Assembly: GCF_004010195.1 (NCBI RefSeq)
Contig: NC_057751.1
Span: forward strand, 12,788,908 to 12,818,705
Direction: 5' to 3'
Source of the DNA: Chiloscyllium plagiosum
Taxonomy: Eukaryota
Length of the DNA: 29,798 nucleotides
Position 1 is the first letter of the stretch, and the number at the start of each line of letters is the position of its first letter. The translations under genes and the position numbers were made by a program. Shown here one piece after another: positions 1 to 13,002 of the stretch. A model generated the notes under the pieces. The model was given only the letters and a program-made list of their open reading frames with translations. It was not told the origin of the DNA and did no database searches.

Positions 1-924
1 CTCCTGCCTTGCTGAGCGAATTTAATCAGCTCAACAGAATGTTGAGAATTGATGAATGTGCCAAGGAGGACTTTGAAATGTCATCAAATCAGCATCAAAG
101 CTGGTCAAGTATTGGAGCAGTCAATGCCAACTGAGCTTACATTGTAATACATAACGCTGTCTCTGTACCACAAAAAACTTACACTCCAGAACACCTTCAG
201 GCTGAAACCTGATAAGGAAAAAAGGGTGAAGGCTTGTTGACAGCCATGCAATGCCAAGTTCCTTACTCATAGGTCTCTGACGAGCCTCACAGTTACCTTC
301 CTATACAAATAAGTGCATGTTATTTGTATTTCTGTGGGTTGAATGTAATTTGAAGTGCTGGTGGAGTCATTCTTAAAATCATCCAGCCAGCTGGTGTGAA
401 GCAATTTGATGAGGTGCATACTGAACACCACACAAACTACAAATTAAATGTTTCTCAATATTCCCAGACCATCTGTCAAATCTGGGCACTTCTCTCCTGT
501 TTATTGCTTGCCTAACAACACTTTACTATCTCCCATGTGAGTCCACACACTGGTTACTGGTGAGCTATTCCACTTTACCACCACACCCAGTGTTACCATT
601 GTTGCACATTGAAGCTTCCACATCTTGAAGAAATATTATAAAGAGGAAGCCATTCAATGCCCTCCATCAAGCAATGATCCTTGAAATGAAAGGGGGAAAT
701 GTGTTCACACGCAGCTTCCTTCAAGCTTGGATGATGCCTGGAGTCTGTGCGTGCCCAGGAGGCTGAGTTGGATTGTACTGTCAGCTTCCAGTAAGATCAC
801 ATCTGATCTGTGCTGTTGCTGTACCTGTGAATGCTTGCTTCACAGTCCTTGATATCTTCACCTGATAGAAATTTACTGATCTTAGTCCTGAAAGTTCCAA
901 TTGACTCCATCGCCTTTTGACTTG

Positions 925-1485
925 GCTATTACAAGCATTCCTGGCCGGCATCCCATTGGCACCCTCCATGAATTTGAGACTATCCAAAACTCTGCTGCTC
1001 ATATTCCACCTCACAGCAACCTACGTTCATTCATTAGATTGCAGTCACGAAGTGCACTGATCTCCAGTGCAGCAAAACCTTAATTTTAAAATTATCATTC
1101 CTCTTTTTCACCACTCTTTGCGATCTTGCACCCCCACTTTTCCTCTGTCATCTCCTCCAGAAACACAACCTTCAATATATCTGTGCTCCAATTCAGCTCT
1201 CCAGAGCACACCCAGTTTTAAGTGCTCCAACATTGTGACTACGTCTTCAGTTGCCAAGGTATGAGTCTCTGCAATCTCCTTCCAAAACCTTTCCTCAAAT
1301 TTACCTTCTTTTCTTGTGAGAATTTTCTCAAAGGTTTCCTTTAAATTGCCTCTTTGACCAAGCCTTGAATCATCTCAGTCTCTATGACTCTGTATCTGCC
1401 CTCATATCTCCTTATGTGGCTTGAAGAGAGATATTTATTTGACTGTCTTTGGCAGCTTTATTACATCAATAGCATTCTATGACTG
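925..1485 (+). mobile_element. Old L2-like LINE 3' fragment
   Basis: IQNSAAHI and NFKII motifs, and the tail CCTCTTTGACCAAGCCTT...CCTTATGTGGCTTG. Confidence 0.6.
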
Positions 1486-1861
1486 CAAACAATTGTTGGT
1501 GTTGTTAAGGTGATGCCTCCTCATTATTTTCCCAATTTCTATGCTACCCAATTCTTTGAATAATTTTAACACCTCACTCAGGTTATCCCTTAGTCCTCTA
1601 AAAGAATAGAATTCAAGTCTAGACTATGCACCCTGGTTGCACAATGTAAATGAACCCCGATAGCATTGTGGTGAATCTGCACGGCCCTTCATTCAAACCT
1701 AGTACAACCTTCCTGACTGCAGTTCCTACCCTTTGTGTTAATGCACAGGATCCTGGCAGACATTTCTCTTCCTGGATCTGTAAGAGTATTGGGGCAGTGG
1801 AGGAGATGTGTAGTAGTTAGGACATGTTACATGTCATGGGCTCCAGTGTGGGAAGGTAGTC

Positions 1862-1945
1862 ATCTCGACTCAAAACATTAACTGGCTTTCTGTCCATGGA
1901 TGCTGCCTGACCCACTGCGATCTCCAGCACTTCCTGTTTTCGGTG
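1862..1945 (+). mobile_element. Short degenerate Penelope terminal fragment
   Basis: GACTCAAAACATTAACT...GGATGCTGCCTGACCCACTGCGATCTCCAGCA matches the reverse complement of 27575-27655. Confidence 0.6.
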
Positions 1946-2059
1946 ATGATTTTTGGGGCTTGCAGAGGCTCTGCTCTTGCTTTGTTCATGTCCAATAGCT
2001 AGGTCTTTTCCTTATTATGCAAACAAATTCCATGGTTTTGTTTTACTCATTCATGGTAT

Positions 2060-2650
2060 AGAGGTGACAATGGCCAAGTCAGTAATTATTGCTGATCCCT
2101 ATATGCTCAGAGGGCAGTTAAAAGTCAGCCACTTTGCTGTGGTTCTACAGTCGCCAGGCCAGACAGAGTAAGGAATGCAGAGTTCCATGCCTAAAGGTCT
2201 TTATTCAAGCAAATGGGTTTTTGTACATTCTCCTCGTGTCTGCGTGAGTTTTCTCCCACAGTCCAAAGATGTGCAGGTTAGGTGGATTGATCATGCTAAA
2301 TTGCCCACAGTGTCAAGGGATGTGTAGATTAGGTGGATTAGCCATAGGAAATGCAGGATTCCAAGAATAGGTTTGGGGAGATGGGTCTGGGTGGGTTGCT
2401 CTTCGGAGAGTCCGTGTGGACTTGTTGGACTGAATGGCCTATTTCCCACACTGTAGGGATTCTATGATGATCCTTATAATAAGAGACAGTGGTTCCATTG
2501 TTGCCATTAGGCTAGCTTTGCATTCTTTTGTTTTATTGAATAGAAATTTCACCCACTGCCATGATAGGATATGAACCAATGTTCCAAGAACATTAGCTTG
2601 GCATTCAGAATCACTAGCCTCATGACATTACCACTGCACTAGCACCTCAC
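2060..2650 (-). mobile_element. Older tRNA-derived SINE interrupted by the V-SINE
   Basis: The minus strand has an A-box-like TAGTGCAGTGG and a B-box-like GGTTCATATCC (2650-2560). The body continues left of 2224 and ends in TAGGGATCAGCAATAA, which resembles the family B LINE tail. Confidence 0.6.
2224..2470 (+). mobile_element. HE1-like V-SINE, 5'-truncated
   Basis: V-domain CATTCTCCTCGTGTCTGCGTG...CTCCCACAGTCCAAAGATGTGCAGGTTAGGTGGATTG..CATGCTAAATTGCCC, and a LINE-derived tail GGACTGAATGGCCT...CACACTGTAGGGATTCTATGA. Confidence 0.88.
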
Positions 2651-3039
2651 ATTCAGAATGCATAATTGCAAAAGCCACAGATTCTAAACCCAAAGAATTC
2701 TTCTTCGGCAGAAATCCTCAGGAGTGCTGGTGAGCAATATATTTACATGCTTCAGACAATGCCTGATTCAGTGTTGCAGAAGACTAGGATGCCAATCACG
2801 GAACTAATACTAATGCACTGCTGACCTTCATTTTATCATGTAGCAAGCTTCAACAGCTAACTTTAATTCCACTCTGAAAATGCATGGCCTACTTTTACAT
2901 CACCCTATAGATAAGGGCTTGAAAAGACCGTGCCACAAGAGATTCCTATTTACAGTTCCCAAGATCCCAATCCCAATCATGCCAACGGGAATAAATGGAT
3001 AAAAAATATTTAAGTATTCCTCATAGAGATGGAGATTAT

Positions 3040-3418
3040 ATTTTCCGAAAGTACACTTTATTTGTAACTCCATAACAATTCAAATTGAACTTTAGCGAAA
3101 GTGCAAAACACTTCAAATGTGACAATGTGCAAAATGTGACATTGTAGGATGCCTCAATATATTTACAAATTTATCCAATATTTGTCGTATACATTCTATG
3201 AGAAAAAGACTGTCTGAAGAGTTTTGCATGATTCACAGCAGATCCATATACAATAGCAGCTGAATGCTAGACAGTGTCCCTTCTCCATTGAGCTTTAGAG
3301 ACTACTACCCCAAGCATTAGTGCAGCCCTCAGCATGTAGCTTTGGAACTTGGAATGTGCAAGTCTGCAACACTCAGTCACAGACAACACTTTGCATCAGA
3401 AGACCAACAAGGTTCAGG
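3040..3418 (-). mobile_element. Degenerate Tx1-like LINE 3' end
   Basis: The minus strand reads LLVF*CKVLSVTECCRLAHSKFQSYMLRAALMLG (Tx1 ORF2 C-terminus-like), then a TG-rich UTR ending AATAAAGTGTACTTTCGGAAAA. Confidence 0.65.
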
Positions 3419-5287
3419 CACATCAAATGGCTCCGTTCACCAAGTTGTTGATCCTTCAGCCATAGTTGCTGTTTTGCAGAGGGAGGAAATGGGATACCAC
3501 TGCACAAAAAAACATGGAAAACCAGCCCCACAGAACCTCCTGTGTAATCTATCCGCCTTGTAATCTATCAAAGTCTCTGATTAAACCTTGTGGTTTTCTT
3601 GACGAGAAAAGATTGAATTAACTATTCACGGAGTAACTTTATTCAACTGACATTTAGTAATGAGTCTTGATCATCTGCCTCAAACCAACACTTGTGGATA
3701 TATTTGCATGCAAATCAACTCTGGTATAAAATTGGCTTGCACTGAGTGTTATGTGATTATCAAGTGAAATGCTGCACTATTTATGATGGTTTTTAATAAG
3801 CGAAGCTGAACCTCTCCACAGCCCAGACCTCAGAGTTTCAGACAGCTTGTGGACACATGCAGAATACAATTAGTGAAATAATGGCAATTTGCTCTCAGTA
3901 ATCAGAATTTATTTGATTAGCACTCAAAGCAAGATAGAAACAAGTTTTATTTATTATAAGTAGATAATTGAGTTTTTAAAAATAAAGTAAATTCCTTGCT
4001 TCCGCTTTGTGAAGTGTAAACCCAGATGGTATGATGCAAGGTGGTCTTATCATTCAGACATGGGAAGATATCACACTCATCAGACTGTGTCCTTACATAT
4101 ACCCTTTCCTACACGCAATGTTTATTGAAACAAATACAGCTTCAAAACTATTGCCATAACTAAGATTCAGCGAAGACTTGATAGGTAGGGAATAGAGGAA
4201 TGTTCTATATGATCCAGTTCTAAAACTGGAAACCTTTTCACCCATAAAGCTGCTGGTCAAGATGCTTTAATGGTTTCTATCCTTACCTTGGGGTTGGGGG
4301 TTGGGCTTGGGCTCTGCTCTGCACCACTACTCTGTGACATAGTCAGGCATTGAGATGGTGGTTATTGAGAACCATTTCCCATCACTCCATAGTGCAGTAC
4401 ATCATTAGTTTTGGGTTCCTGTTATTGGGTAAACTTCAGCAGGAACTTCCCCTCTTGTCTAGCAGAGATTTGCTCCATCAATTTCTCATTAAACTAAGAA
4501 TTTCTGCTTGATTACTGTATTATAACAGAGGAATAGAATTCTAAGAGGAGATAAATCCACATTTGTTATAATTAGGAATCTCATACCTGGCTTTATCTAT
4601 TGTAACTTTGTGCTGTTAGAGGCAATGCAAAAGGGCTTTGTAATAAAGAAGGCTTTCTTGTAGCTAATGCAGTGGCAGAGAGACAGCAAACTTGCCTTAC
4701 GTGAAAGCTTCTCCCATCTTCATGGCTTCACATTCATTGCAGACAAAGTAGCAGATTTAAATAAACTATTAACTGTCCAGAGAACATGTCCAGTCCTACT
4801 GTGCACCCATGTGCTCTTTCCCACCTGATTATCCATATCTGTTCTGCCAAAGTAAATCCACAGGCCCAGATGCAGAAGAAGCGAAATCCTGAATAGGAGC
4901 ATCAACTCACAGCAGTCCATTTTAAGGCTGCAAAAGCTGCCAAGGAGACCAGTAATTGCTTCAATTCACTCCTTTAACTTGGAGCTTTCGGCTACTGTTT
5001 GAAGCTCAGCTTGACACTGACATAAAAGTTACAACACAGAAACAGGCCAATGAGTAACTTTAGGTTAGCTGGGAAATGAACCTCCTTTTCACAGTGCACG
5101 TTATCATCCTCAGATAGTCTTTTATATGTTCTGCCTGTGTGACATTTAAACCCAAATGGGAAGGATGAAAGTCTATCGCACTGATTTTTTTTCTAAAAAA
5201 AACATTATTTCTCTCCAAATTCAGCCTGTTTCTTATGGCTTTTTTTTTGGATTCACTTTGCCACCTCTAATAACCTGTATGTCAACA

Positions 5288-5650
5288 CATTCACCAAAGA
5301 TCCTTCAACAGCAACTTCCAAATCTAGGATCACAATCATCTAGAAGGATAAGGGCAAAAGATACATGGGAACAAGCCACTTACTATCTTCTCTTAGAAAT
5401 ATATCACTGCCCCTTCAAGCCACTTAGTATCCTGACTTAGAAATATATCACTGCCCCTTCAAGCCACTTACTATCCTGACTTAGAAATATATCACTGCCC
5501 CTTCAGTATCATTGAGTCAAAAAACCTGGAATTCCCTCCCAAGCAGCATTGTGGATCTACTTACAGCACATGAACTATAATAGTTCAAGAAGGCAGCTCA
5601 CTATCACCTTCTCAATGGCAACTAGGAATGGGTAATAAATTGCTGGTTAT
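5288..5650 (+). mobile_element. Degenerate LINE family B 3' end containing a tandem triplication
   Basis: TCATCTAGAAGGATAAGGGCA...CCTGGAATTCCCTCCC...GTTCAAGAAGGCAGCTCACTATCACCTTCTCAATGGCAACTAGG. Confidence 0.75.
5373..5504 (+). repeat. Tandem repeat, 3 x 44 bp
   Basis: Unit AAGCCACTTACTATCCTGACTTAGAAATATATCACTGCCCCTTC starts at 5373, 5417 and 5461, with few mismatches. Confidence 0.95.
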
Positions 5651-5814
5651 ATTATTAATGAATGACAACATTGAAAAAGTTGCAGACAGTTTTGATTGAT
5701 TTTCTCCCTCTTAATCCTTGAACATTGATATGTTTTGTGATTTTCTAATTTACTCACATGAGGTCAATTGAATCCTTGATCAATAATTTCATAAATATAT
5801 GCATTAACATTGTG

Positions 5815-6065
5815 TCCAGTTGTAGACAGTACATCTCAGGAAAGATATATTGACCTTGGAGGTGATGCAACCCCTATATAAATGAGACACCAATTCAGGA
5901 ATGACTTAAATATGTAAAGCTTCATTGGGGTCAAATGCAGAGAATCTATGCTGTTATAGGAGAATTCAGAATGAGAGGACATAATATTAAGGCAAGAGAT
6001 GAATCAATAAAACTGGTCACAGGAGCTGAGGTATGATCAACCATTTTATTTGATTGCTGGAGAAT
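5815..6065 (+). mobile_element. Old CR1-like fragments
   Basis: CTCAGGAAAGATATATTGACCTTGGAGG (LRKDILTLE) and CAGAATGAGAGGACATAATATTAAGG (RGHN.K) are decayed CR1 ORF2 motifs. Confidence 0.45.
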
Positions 6066-6096
6066 GGTGGAAACTTGATCATATGTTGTGATAGTC

Positions 6097-6755
6097 TGTT
6101 ACATACTGGACCACATCCTCTCAAAATATATTAAGAAGATAGCTGAGACCATAACATTTCTTATTTTAAAGGCAAATGCTAGGTGTTGTGCTCTTGAAGC
6201 AATTCAATTAGTCAAACTATCAGATTTGAAGCAAAACACACTTTATTTATACACATTGTTGAAATACAACAAAAGAAAGAAGAAATTGGAATAACTTAAT
6301 TCTATTCAAAAACTTGAAAGAATAATAGAATATTTAAATACAAGACAGTTACTGTTCCAATATAGTAACATCCCATAAACACACCCTTTATAAAGGCAAA
6401 TTCAGTAAAATTATTTCTCAGGCAATTCTCCAGTCCAGGAGGAAAAACATCAAGGGAAAACATTGAGAGAGAGAGAGATAGAGTAGCAGGGAGAGACATA
6501 TTGCAGTTTCCAAACCCAGCTTCAATACCCCAGCAACAACTGCTGCTGAAAAATTAAAACTAAAAGTTTTTGTTCTGTGGGAGCTTGACCCCACCCATTC
6601 AAGCTGCTTCTGTTGTTCCAATCTGAGAGGGAAAAAACCCCAAGGCCTCGCAAGCTGTTTATTTTGTGGGCTTTGAAGCAGACTGATTGATATCTTTGAT
6701 TTCAATCTTTCTTCACAAAAAAAGATAAAATACACCTCTTAAAGCCATCATGGTA
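6097..6755 (-). mobile_element. Solo LTR-like element, same family, opposite orientation
   Basis: Shared blocks such as CAGGCAATTCT.CAGTCCAGGAGGAAA.ACATCAAG, TTCTTATTTTAAAGG and TTAAGAAG.TAGC with the reverse complement of 15760-16413. Confidence 0.7.
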
Positions 6756-7244
6756 CTCAAAGGTCAAATTAGGAATCTGTAGTGGTTATTTTCTCAGACT
6801 GTGATAAATCTTGCCAAATTCATCTTTGGAGAATGACAAAGGGATGAAAGAAATTGGATTGATCAAACTATATGCTGAAGATGAGCTGGGAGAATTGGTG
6901 AGATATGTTTGATTTGAGCCAAATGGTCTTTTCCAATTCTAAACTTATCGTATATTTTTTAAATTATCTTCCATTTGATTTGAAAGAGATGCACAGCAAA
7001 TTCAAATCCATTCAGAGATATAGTCATACATGCTCCAGGCAAAGGTTAATGTTGATTTAAAAACATCATCCAAAGTCAAAGAACTATGTCCAAGCAGTGA
7101 ATATTCCAGGATTCATCAGAACTAGAACGTTTAGTGAAATGTAAAGTGGTGAATGAAGGGTGCAAAAAAACTTCCAATACGTTGACAATATGCAATGGCT
7201 CTTGGTTTGCAGACCATGTTTTGGAGACCTGAGTTAAGGAATTG

Positions 7245-7632
7245 TATGTTCAAGTAGTTCTCCAGAGATTTGAAGCCACAATCTCGCTGAGGTACAATTG
7301 TACCTTAGGCTATATATATGGAATGCTTCACTGTCAAACATGCTGTCTTTGTTTGCAGCATTTGACTGACTCCCTTTTCGACTTCCCAGCTGGATTTAAA
7401 CTATCACCTGGCATTAATTAAAGAGTAACGGGGTATTGCCCCTCTGTCACTCATCCAACACCTAAGAATAGGTAATGCTTGATATTCACATTATGTTGTG
7501 GGATTTTGCTTTGTGCAAATTGGCTACTGCAAATCCTAGATTACAATGGTGAGTAGACCTTGGAAGCACTTCATCATTTTTGAGGGTTTTGGTGAATAAA
7601 GATGCCATAAAAATGTTAATCATTCTTTCTTA
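7245..7632 (+). mobile_element. Degenerate Deu-domain SINE
   Basis: GTTCAAGT...TCCAGAGATTTGA...TTGTGGGATTTTGCTTTGTGCAAATTGGCTACTGC...ATTACAATGGTGA, homologous to 22265-22560. Confidence 0.6.
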
Positions 7633-8839
7633 CTATTTATCTGAATTGGAGGCACTGAAATCCTGTCTAATTAAATGGAATGCCTAAAATAGACAGAAAT
7701 TACAGTACCAGTTTAAATCTCTGACAAACTAAATGTAAACCATTGTCAAGTGCATTTCAAAATGTGTGTACTTGACAAATCTGATTGTTTCTGTGTATAA
7801 TTTCTCAAGTTGAATGTTTCCTCTAATTGCTATTTCTGTTCCGGAATTAGCTGCGCCACAAAGATTTCAACAAAATGAAGACTGGATTTTGAGCTCATTT
7901 CACCCAAGTCATTCCTCAATTGCAGTTCTTATAGAAGGTTGCCTCAAATCCCTTCAGGACACCAAGCCTTCCGCGCGCCGAGCCCTATCATGGTCACGTC
8001 TCAACAAGACCGCCCTCTGAAGTTAGGAGTCTGGCTATTTCCTTCCCGATGTGAGGGCAGAAATGACTCATCTCCACTACGCCAGAAGAAAGCGGCCCTT
8101 GCCCTGTTCCCGTTTAACCAATGTGACAACAGCAACCTTCCAGTAAAAGATGCTTGGCAATATAAATATTGTCTGGGTCAGAGCTCGCCAGTGATGCTGC
8201 ACCTGCGCAAAGTACAGGGTCTTTGAGCTATTGACTGTCCTTTGGATAGAAATAGCCCTTTGTTGGACTGTTAAAAATCCAAAAATGCGTTTCACAAAGA
8301 CACGACAGGAAGTTTGGACTCTTTGGATGAAATTCGGCCCAGTTTTTGACTTGGATGACGGTCAGAGTAAGGCAAGAGCGAGTTACATCCTTTTTAAAAC
8401 AAGGAAACAGGGTCACTGTATTGAAACCCTAGTTGGGAACGGTGGCAACGCGTAGGCAAAGTGAGTGAAATGACATTTGCGCGGGGGATGATTCAGAGTT
8501 GTGGCGAATTATATATCAGAAGATTGAGAATAGCCTGTACGTTGAAACATTAGCCTGGACTAAGCAAAATGGTAGCTTCAAATGACACGAAACCTTCTGG
8601 GGAGAAGGAATAATTGGAAACAAATTTGCAGAACGCCATCTCCTGCCTGATTTCCCATTCCCTTTACGGGGAGAAGTTGTCAGCACACAAGCAAAGACGC
8701 CATGCTGAATAAAACCTACCTCATTCAACAGTGAAGTGAGAGTGGAATTTGGGGCTTGGAGAGGCCGGAGAACACTGATTTGCACTCCCATTTGGCCATT
8801 CCCTTCTCAATGCTTCACAGCATAGTGATATGAAACCAG

Positions 8840-9330
8840 TACATGTCTCCCAATGACTAGGAGTGCGATGAACACTCCCCACTTGCGTGAATGGGGGCAG
8901 CTCCAACAACACTCGACAAGTGATACCATCTCGGACAAAGCAGCCCTCTTGATTGACACCATGTTCACAAGCATTTACTCACTCCAGCACCTACGCTCAG
9001 TAGCAAGTGTTTACTTTCTACAAGATGCACTGCAGAAATTCACTAATGATCCTTCTACAGTACCTTCTAAACCTACAATTACTATCATCTAGAAGAACAA
9101 GGGCAGGATTTTCATTTGAATAACACCACCTGCAGCTCACAACCCCCTGCTCCCTTTACTCACAAACCTGACGTTGTTCCCTCAATGTGATTGTTGTGGG
9201 TCCACTTTCATTGCATGAACTGCAGCGGTTCAAGAAAGAGGCTTACCATCACCTTCTCAAAGGCACCTTAGAGGCAGGTGATAAATGTTGGTTCAGCCAG
9301 CAACGCCTATGAATACATGAACAAGTAAAA
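8840..9330 (+). mobile_element. Degenerate LINE family B 3' fragment
   Basis: GCAGCTCCAACAACACTC...CCATCTCGGACAAAGCAGCC...ATCATCTAGAAGAACAAGGGCAG...GTTCAAGAAAGAGGCTTACCATCACCTTCTC is shared with the other copies. Confidence 0.75.
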
Positions 9331-9859
9331 TAAACTTGTTTTCTTAGAGAATCGAGTTCAACGATATTCACAGTGTACCACACTGTATCAACGAACAGCC
9401 CAGTTACAGGCTTGGTACTACTAAGTGACGCTGACAGAATTCTGATTGCTGGTAAATGTGAGAACCCCTTTGTGGGTTTCCACAAGCTAAAGGTCTCAGT
9501 CAGACTTCTTCCCCACTGAGGATCTTGGTCATGTGATATGGATGAAGCAGGCGTTTGTCTCCATATCTAAAACAGTGCAAGGAATAAATGAATGGTCATC
9601 CGTGCCACCATGAATAGGAAGCAAGCATCCGTGGCAATTGGATTTTGCATCAGGGTTCATCCATTCAGTGACAAAGCAGTTGTTGCTCCCCATCACTGTA
9701 AGCTCACCGAGATGAACTGCATTGCTCTAGGGTCTGGTGCAACCCCAATTTGAATTACTTTCGCTGCGTTGGTTTTGAAGCTCTGGAATATTGTCACTCA
9801 ACTTTTGCCTTTCTCTACCTTGTTCTCATTTATAATATTCCTCTAAAACTATCACCTAG

Positions 9860-10260
9860 GATCTCAGAGTCGTACAGCACGGAAGCAGACACTTCAGTCC
9901 AACCAGTCCATGCCGAACATCATCCCAAACTACTCCCCACCTGCCTGCTTCCCTCCAAAACCATCCTGTTCATGTATCTATCCAAATGTCTTTTAAACGT
10001 TGTAATTGTAACCACATCCACCACTTCCTCGGGAAGCTTATTTCACACGCACTCCCGCCATGTGTAAAAAAAATTTGCCTTTTATGTCTTTTTAAAATCT
10101 CTCTCCCCTCACCTTAAAAATCTGCTCTCTTGTCTTGAAATTCCCAACTTAGGGAAAATACAACTACCATTAACTCCATGTCTCCCTCTTATTATTTTAT
10201 CAGACTGCCTCTCAACCTTCTACCTCCAATGAAAAAGGTCCCAGTCTTTCCTTATAACTC
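9860..10260 (-). mobile_element. CR1/HER1-like LINE 3' fragment
   Basis: The reverse complement matches the 19380-19690 tail (GAGGAAGTGGTGGATG..GTTACAATTACAACGTTTAAAAGACATTTGGA; TCCGTGCTGTACGACTCT). Confidence 0.85.
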
Positions 10261-10289
10261 AAAACACTTTAAAAGGCCCATATCGAGAT

Positions 10290-10547
10290 GTGTTTGATAT
10301 TGGCATTTGTAGAACCTTTGGGACATTTCATGCCGTTATACAATTGTTTTATAAATGCGACATATTGTTGCTGTGGACGTAGTGTAGAAAATGCCTTTGC
10401 TTTTCCAAGTGCAGAGAAACTGAGAAATAACAAAATTCCCATGTTTTATTTGTTTTTTCCCCTGCAAAGACTGTACAGACTGATGTACTTTTGTATATAC
10501 TTACAAATTATTTCATGAATAACGTCAATTTTTGAAAATTAAAAAAA
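10290..10547 (+). mobile_element. Possible Tx1/L1-type 3' UTR with poly(A) remnant
   Basis: TGTA-rich tract ending ATGAATAACGTCAATTTTTGAAAATTAAAAAAA, similar in style to the 3040 end. Confidence 0.4.
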
Positions 10548-10739
10548 TGGTCAATATTCAAAACAAAAGCCGATTTAGTATCATTCTGGCAAATATTGTT
10601 CCGGGAAGTCGGAACTAAATTGTGAGTGGGATGGAGATTTTAAAACAAGATTTATGGATTTGTCTGACGGTGGATCTGGAAACCTCATTATTCACTGCCG
10701 CGTTTCTCTTTTCACAAGTCAGGCCATTTCAATAAGAAC

Positions 10740-11215
10740 TACATTGTTTACATCCTTGCCCATCTTCCGCTTTCCTTCTGCTTCAGTACATTGAAAACTC
10801 TGCCGTCCATATCTTAACTGAATCCATGGCCTGTGAGTCGGCTTTTCACTGACTCCCAGTCTACCAGCACTTCAATCTTGAAAGGTTACATCTTACTGTT
10901 CAAATCGCCTGTTCGCCTCATTCTCCATAACCTCCTCCAGGTTTACAATCCTGCCAGAACATCGCATTCCTTCAAGCTATCCTCTTGACCATCCAGTTTC
11001 TTTCACACCATCACTGGAAACTATGCTTTAAAGTCCTGAGCTAAGGAATTCCCATCCCACAACATTGAGACCCTGCATTCACTGACCCTTTTTTTTCCTC
11101 AAATTGAAGTCTCCTGACGCAAAATTGCACTTTTGTCTTGTCTGAATACGCCCTAGTGAGTCACATTGGCACGTTTCACTTGCTCAAGCCGTAAATTGTT
11201 GTTATTGAGGGGTTG
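10740..11215 (+). mobile_element. Old L2-like LINE 3' fragment
   Basis: ATTGAAAACTCTGCCGTCCATATC (IENSAVHI)...CTCCCAGTC...CTTACTGTTCAAATC is homologous to 925-1485. Confidence 0.5.
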
Positions 11216-13002
11216 CATTTACGTTTTACACGCAAACAACAAGGAAGGGTTATTGGTGCAATGAATCCTATGCCCCGCCACTTGATCTCTCTCAATGTTT
11301 AACAATTACTCCACCATTCTATTTGGCCTTTAACTAAATAGACCAACTGAAATGATTCCAACCCCTTTATCCCCATTCCGCACGTTGAGTGTTAAAGTAT
11401 ACACGCTTTGCGAACGTTCTGTCTTGGGGATTATTTCATACATTTTTATTCTCCGGGAAAAATGCCAAGAATAAATGGACAGCCCATTGGATATTTGAGC
11501 TCGGTTCCCGTGAACCAGACTGCCCGAAGCAGGATGGATACACATTTCTTTTTTTAAAAAAATGACAAAACAAGTACTTCGGTCTATCAATTTTAAATTT
11601 GCTTTCGACTAAATTTGCACCTTTCTGACTGACTTCCACAAAGCTAAGTATCACTTTTCCTGTCTGGAAGTGAGTTCCTTTTCTCTGCTAAACTGCAGAA
11701 GGACATTGGATTTGAAAGTTAATTATTATCTAGTGAGAGGGGTGGGGAAGGGGCTGAGCAGTATTATTGAGTCTGACAGTGAGTGGGAGCTGAAGGCATG
11801 TTGCACAGTCGTGATGAGTAGGTCCCTGAAGACCGCCCGCTTCATCATTGCAATTCACTGATCGAGTTCAGCTCTGACGCAGTATCAAGCTTACTGACTC
11901 CACTGAGGCAGCTCCTCTCGACGTTAAAGGGAAATGTTTCAGGACAATAAAACCAGTAAATCTTAAAGTAAACTAGTTCATATTTTAAATGTTCAACAGA
12001 AAGCGTCACTATAGCATTGGTGCAAACAATGCAGGTTTCACACATTTTTAACCTAAACTAATTTATGATTTTATGAATGTACAATCCTCTGCACAATAAA
12101 AACGTGTATCCCAGCATTTTGCAAAACTTGTCAAGCTGATTGTTAGCAGATCCGTGTGAAAGGATCGTGCTTACCTACACACTTCTGTCCAGAATGAGCT
12201 TGAAGTACACTGCCTCTGAGTTTGTCTACTTTGGCAACTTTATGTATGTCATAAGCTCAATGTCCACAATGCCACTTTAAAACATTTGAAAGCTTAGAAG
12301 CTCCACCAAATGAAAGTGGGAGTGTTCAGAGGCTAGAGAAGAACCACATCTCAATGTTTGGTCAGCAGCAGAAAGACTTTGTCCAATTTCCGTCTTTCGT
12401 GATTGTTTACTGACACTTTGACAACCTTTCTGGATATGTCAGACTGCCCCGTCTTGGAATTGAATGCGTCGTCTACAAACAGAACAGCGGTCTTGCCCTC
12501 TCTGTTAAACGTGCGTCTGGCGGCAGAAAAGGGCTGGCAAACCGCTGCTTCTTTTCAGATGTTTCTGTTCAAACTTCAAAGTGGGGGGTTTGGGGCGGGG
12601 GCCATAAATGAACCAGCCATACCGAGTTAGCCAGGCAGTATTGTTAACTTAACGAGATCACACATCCAAATCATGGAACATCTCGCCTGATGCACGGATA
12701 AAAGAAAAGGTGCAGCAAGATTAACACCTCTCAAACCAAGGATGTCGCTGGAAATCAGTCAAACCAGTCACAACTGTGAGAAGGTTGTGAAGTTGCACCG
12801 TCCCTCACTTTGAGATGATTCATTTGAACAATTGAGCCTTAATTTTCTTAAAATTAAAGACATATTTCACAGTTTATCGCTCAGCATTGACACCTTTGCT
12901 GTGAAAATGACTCCCAGCTCTGACCTGTCTCACCAGCATCTCTTTCAGCTGCAGACTGCGCTTTTAGATTTGCAGTGTTTAGGACTTGCTGGCGAGTCTC
13001 TA

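Noticed and set aside
5373..5504. CRISPR-like array
   Set aside because: Head-to-tail repeats without spacers, inside a vertebrate LINE, with no cas genes.
11811..11897. GTGATGA ... CTGA, C/D snoRNA-like boxes
   Set aside because: Antisense to the host intron, with no clear terminal stem and no recognisable rRNA/snRNA guide.
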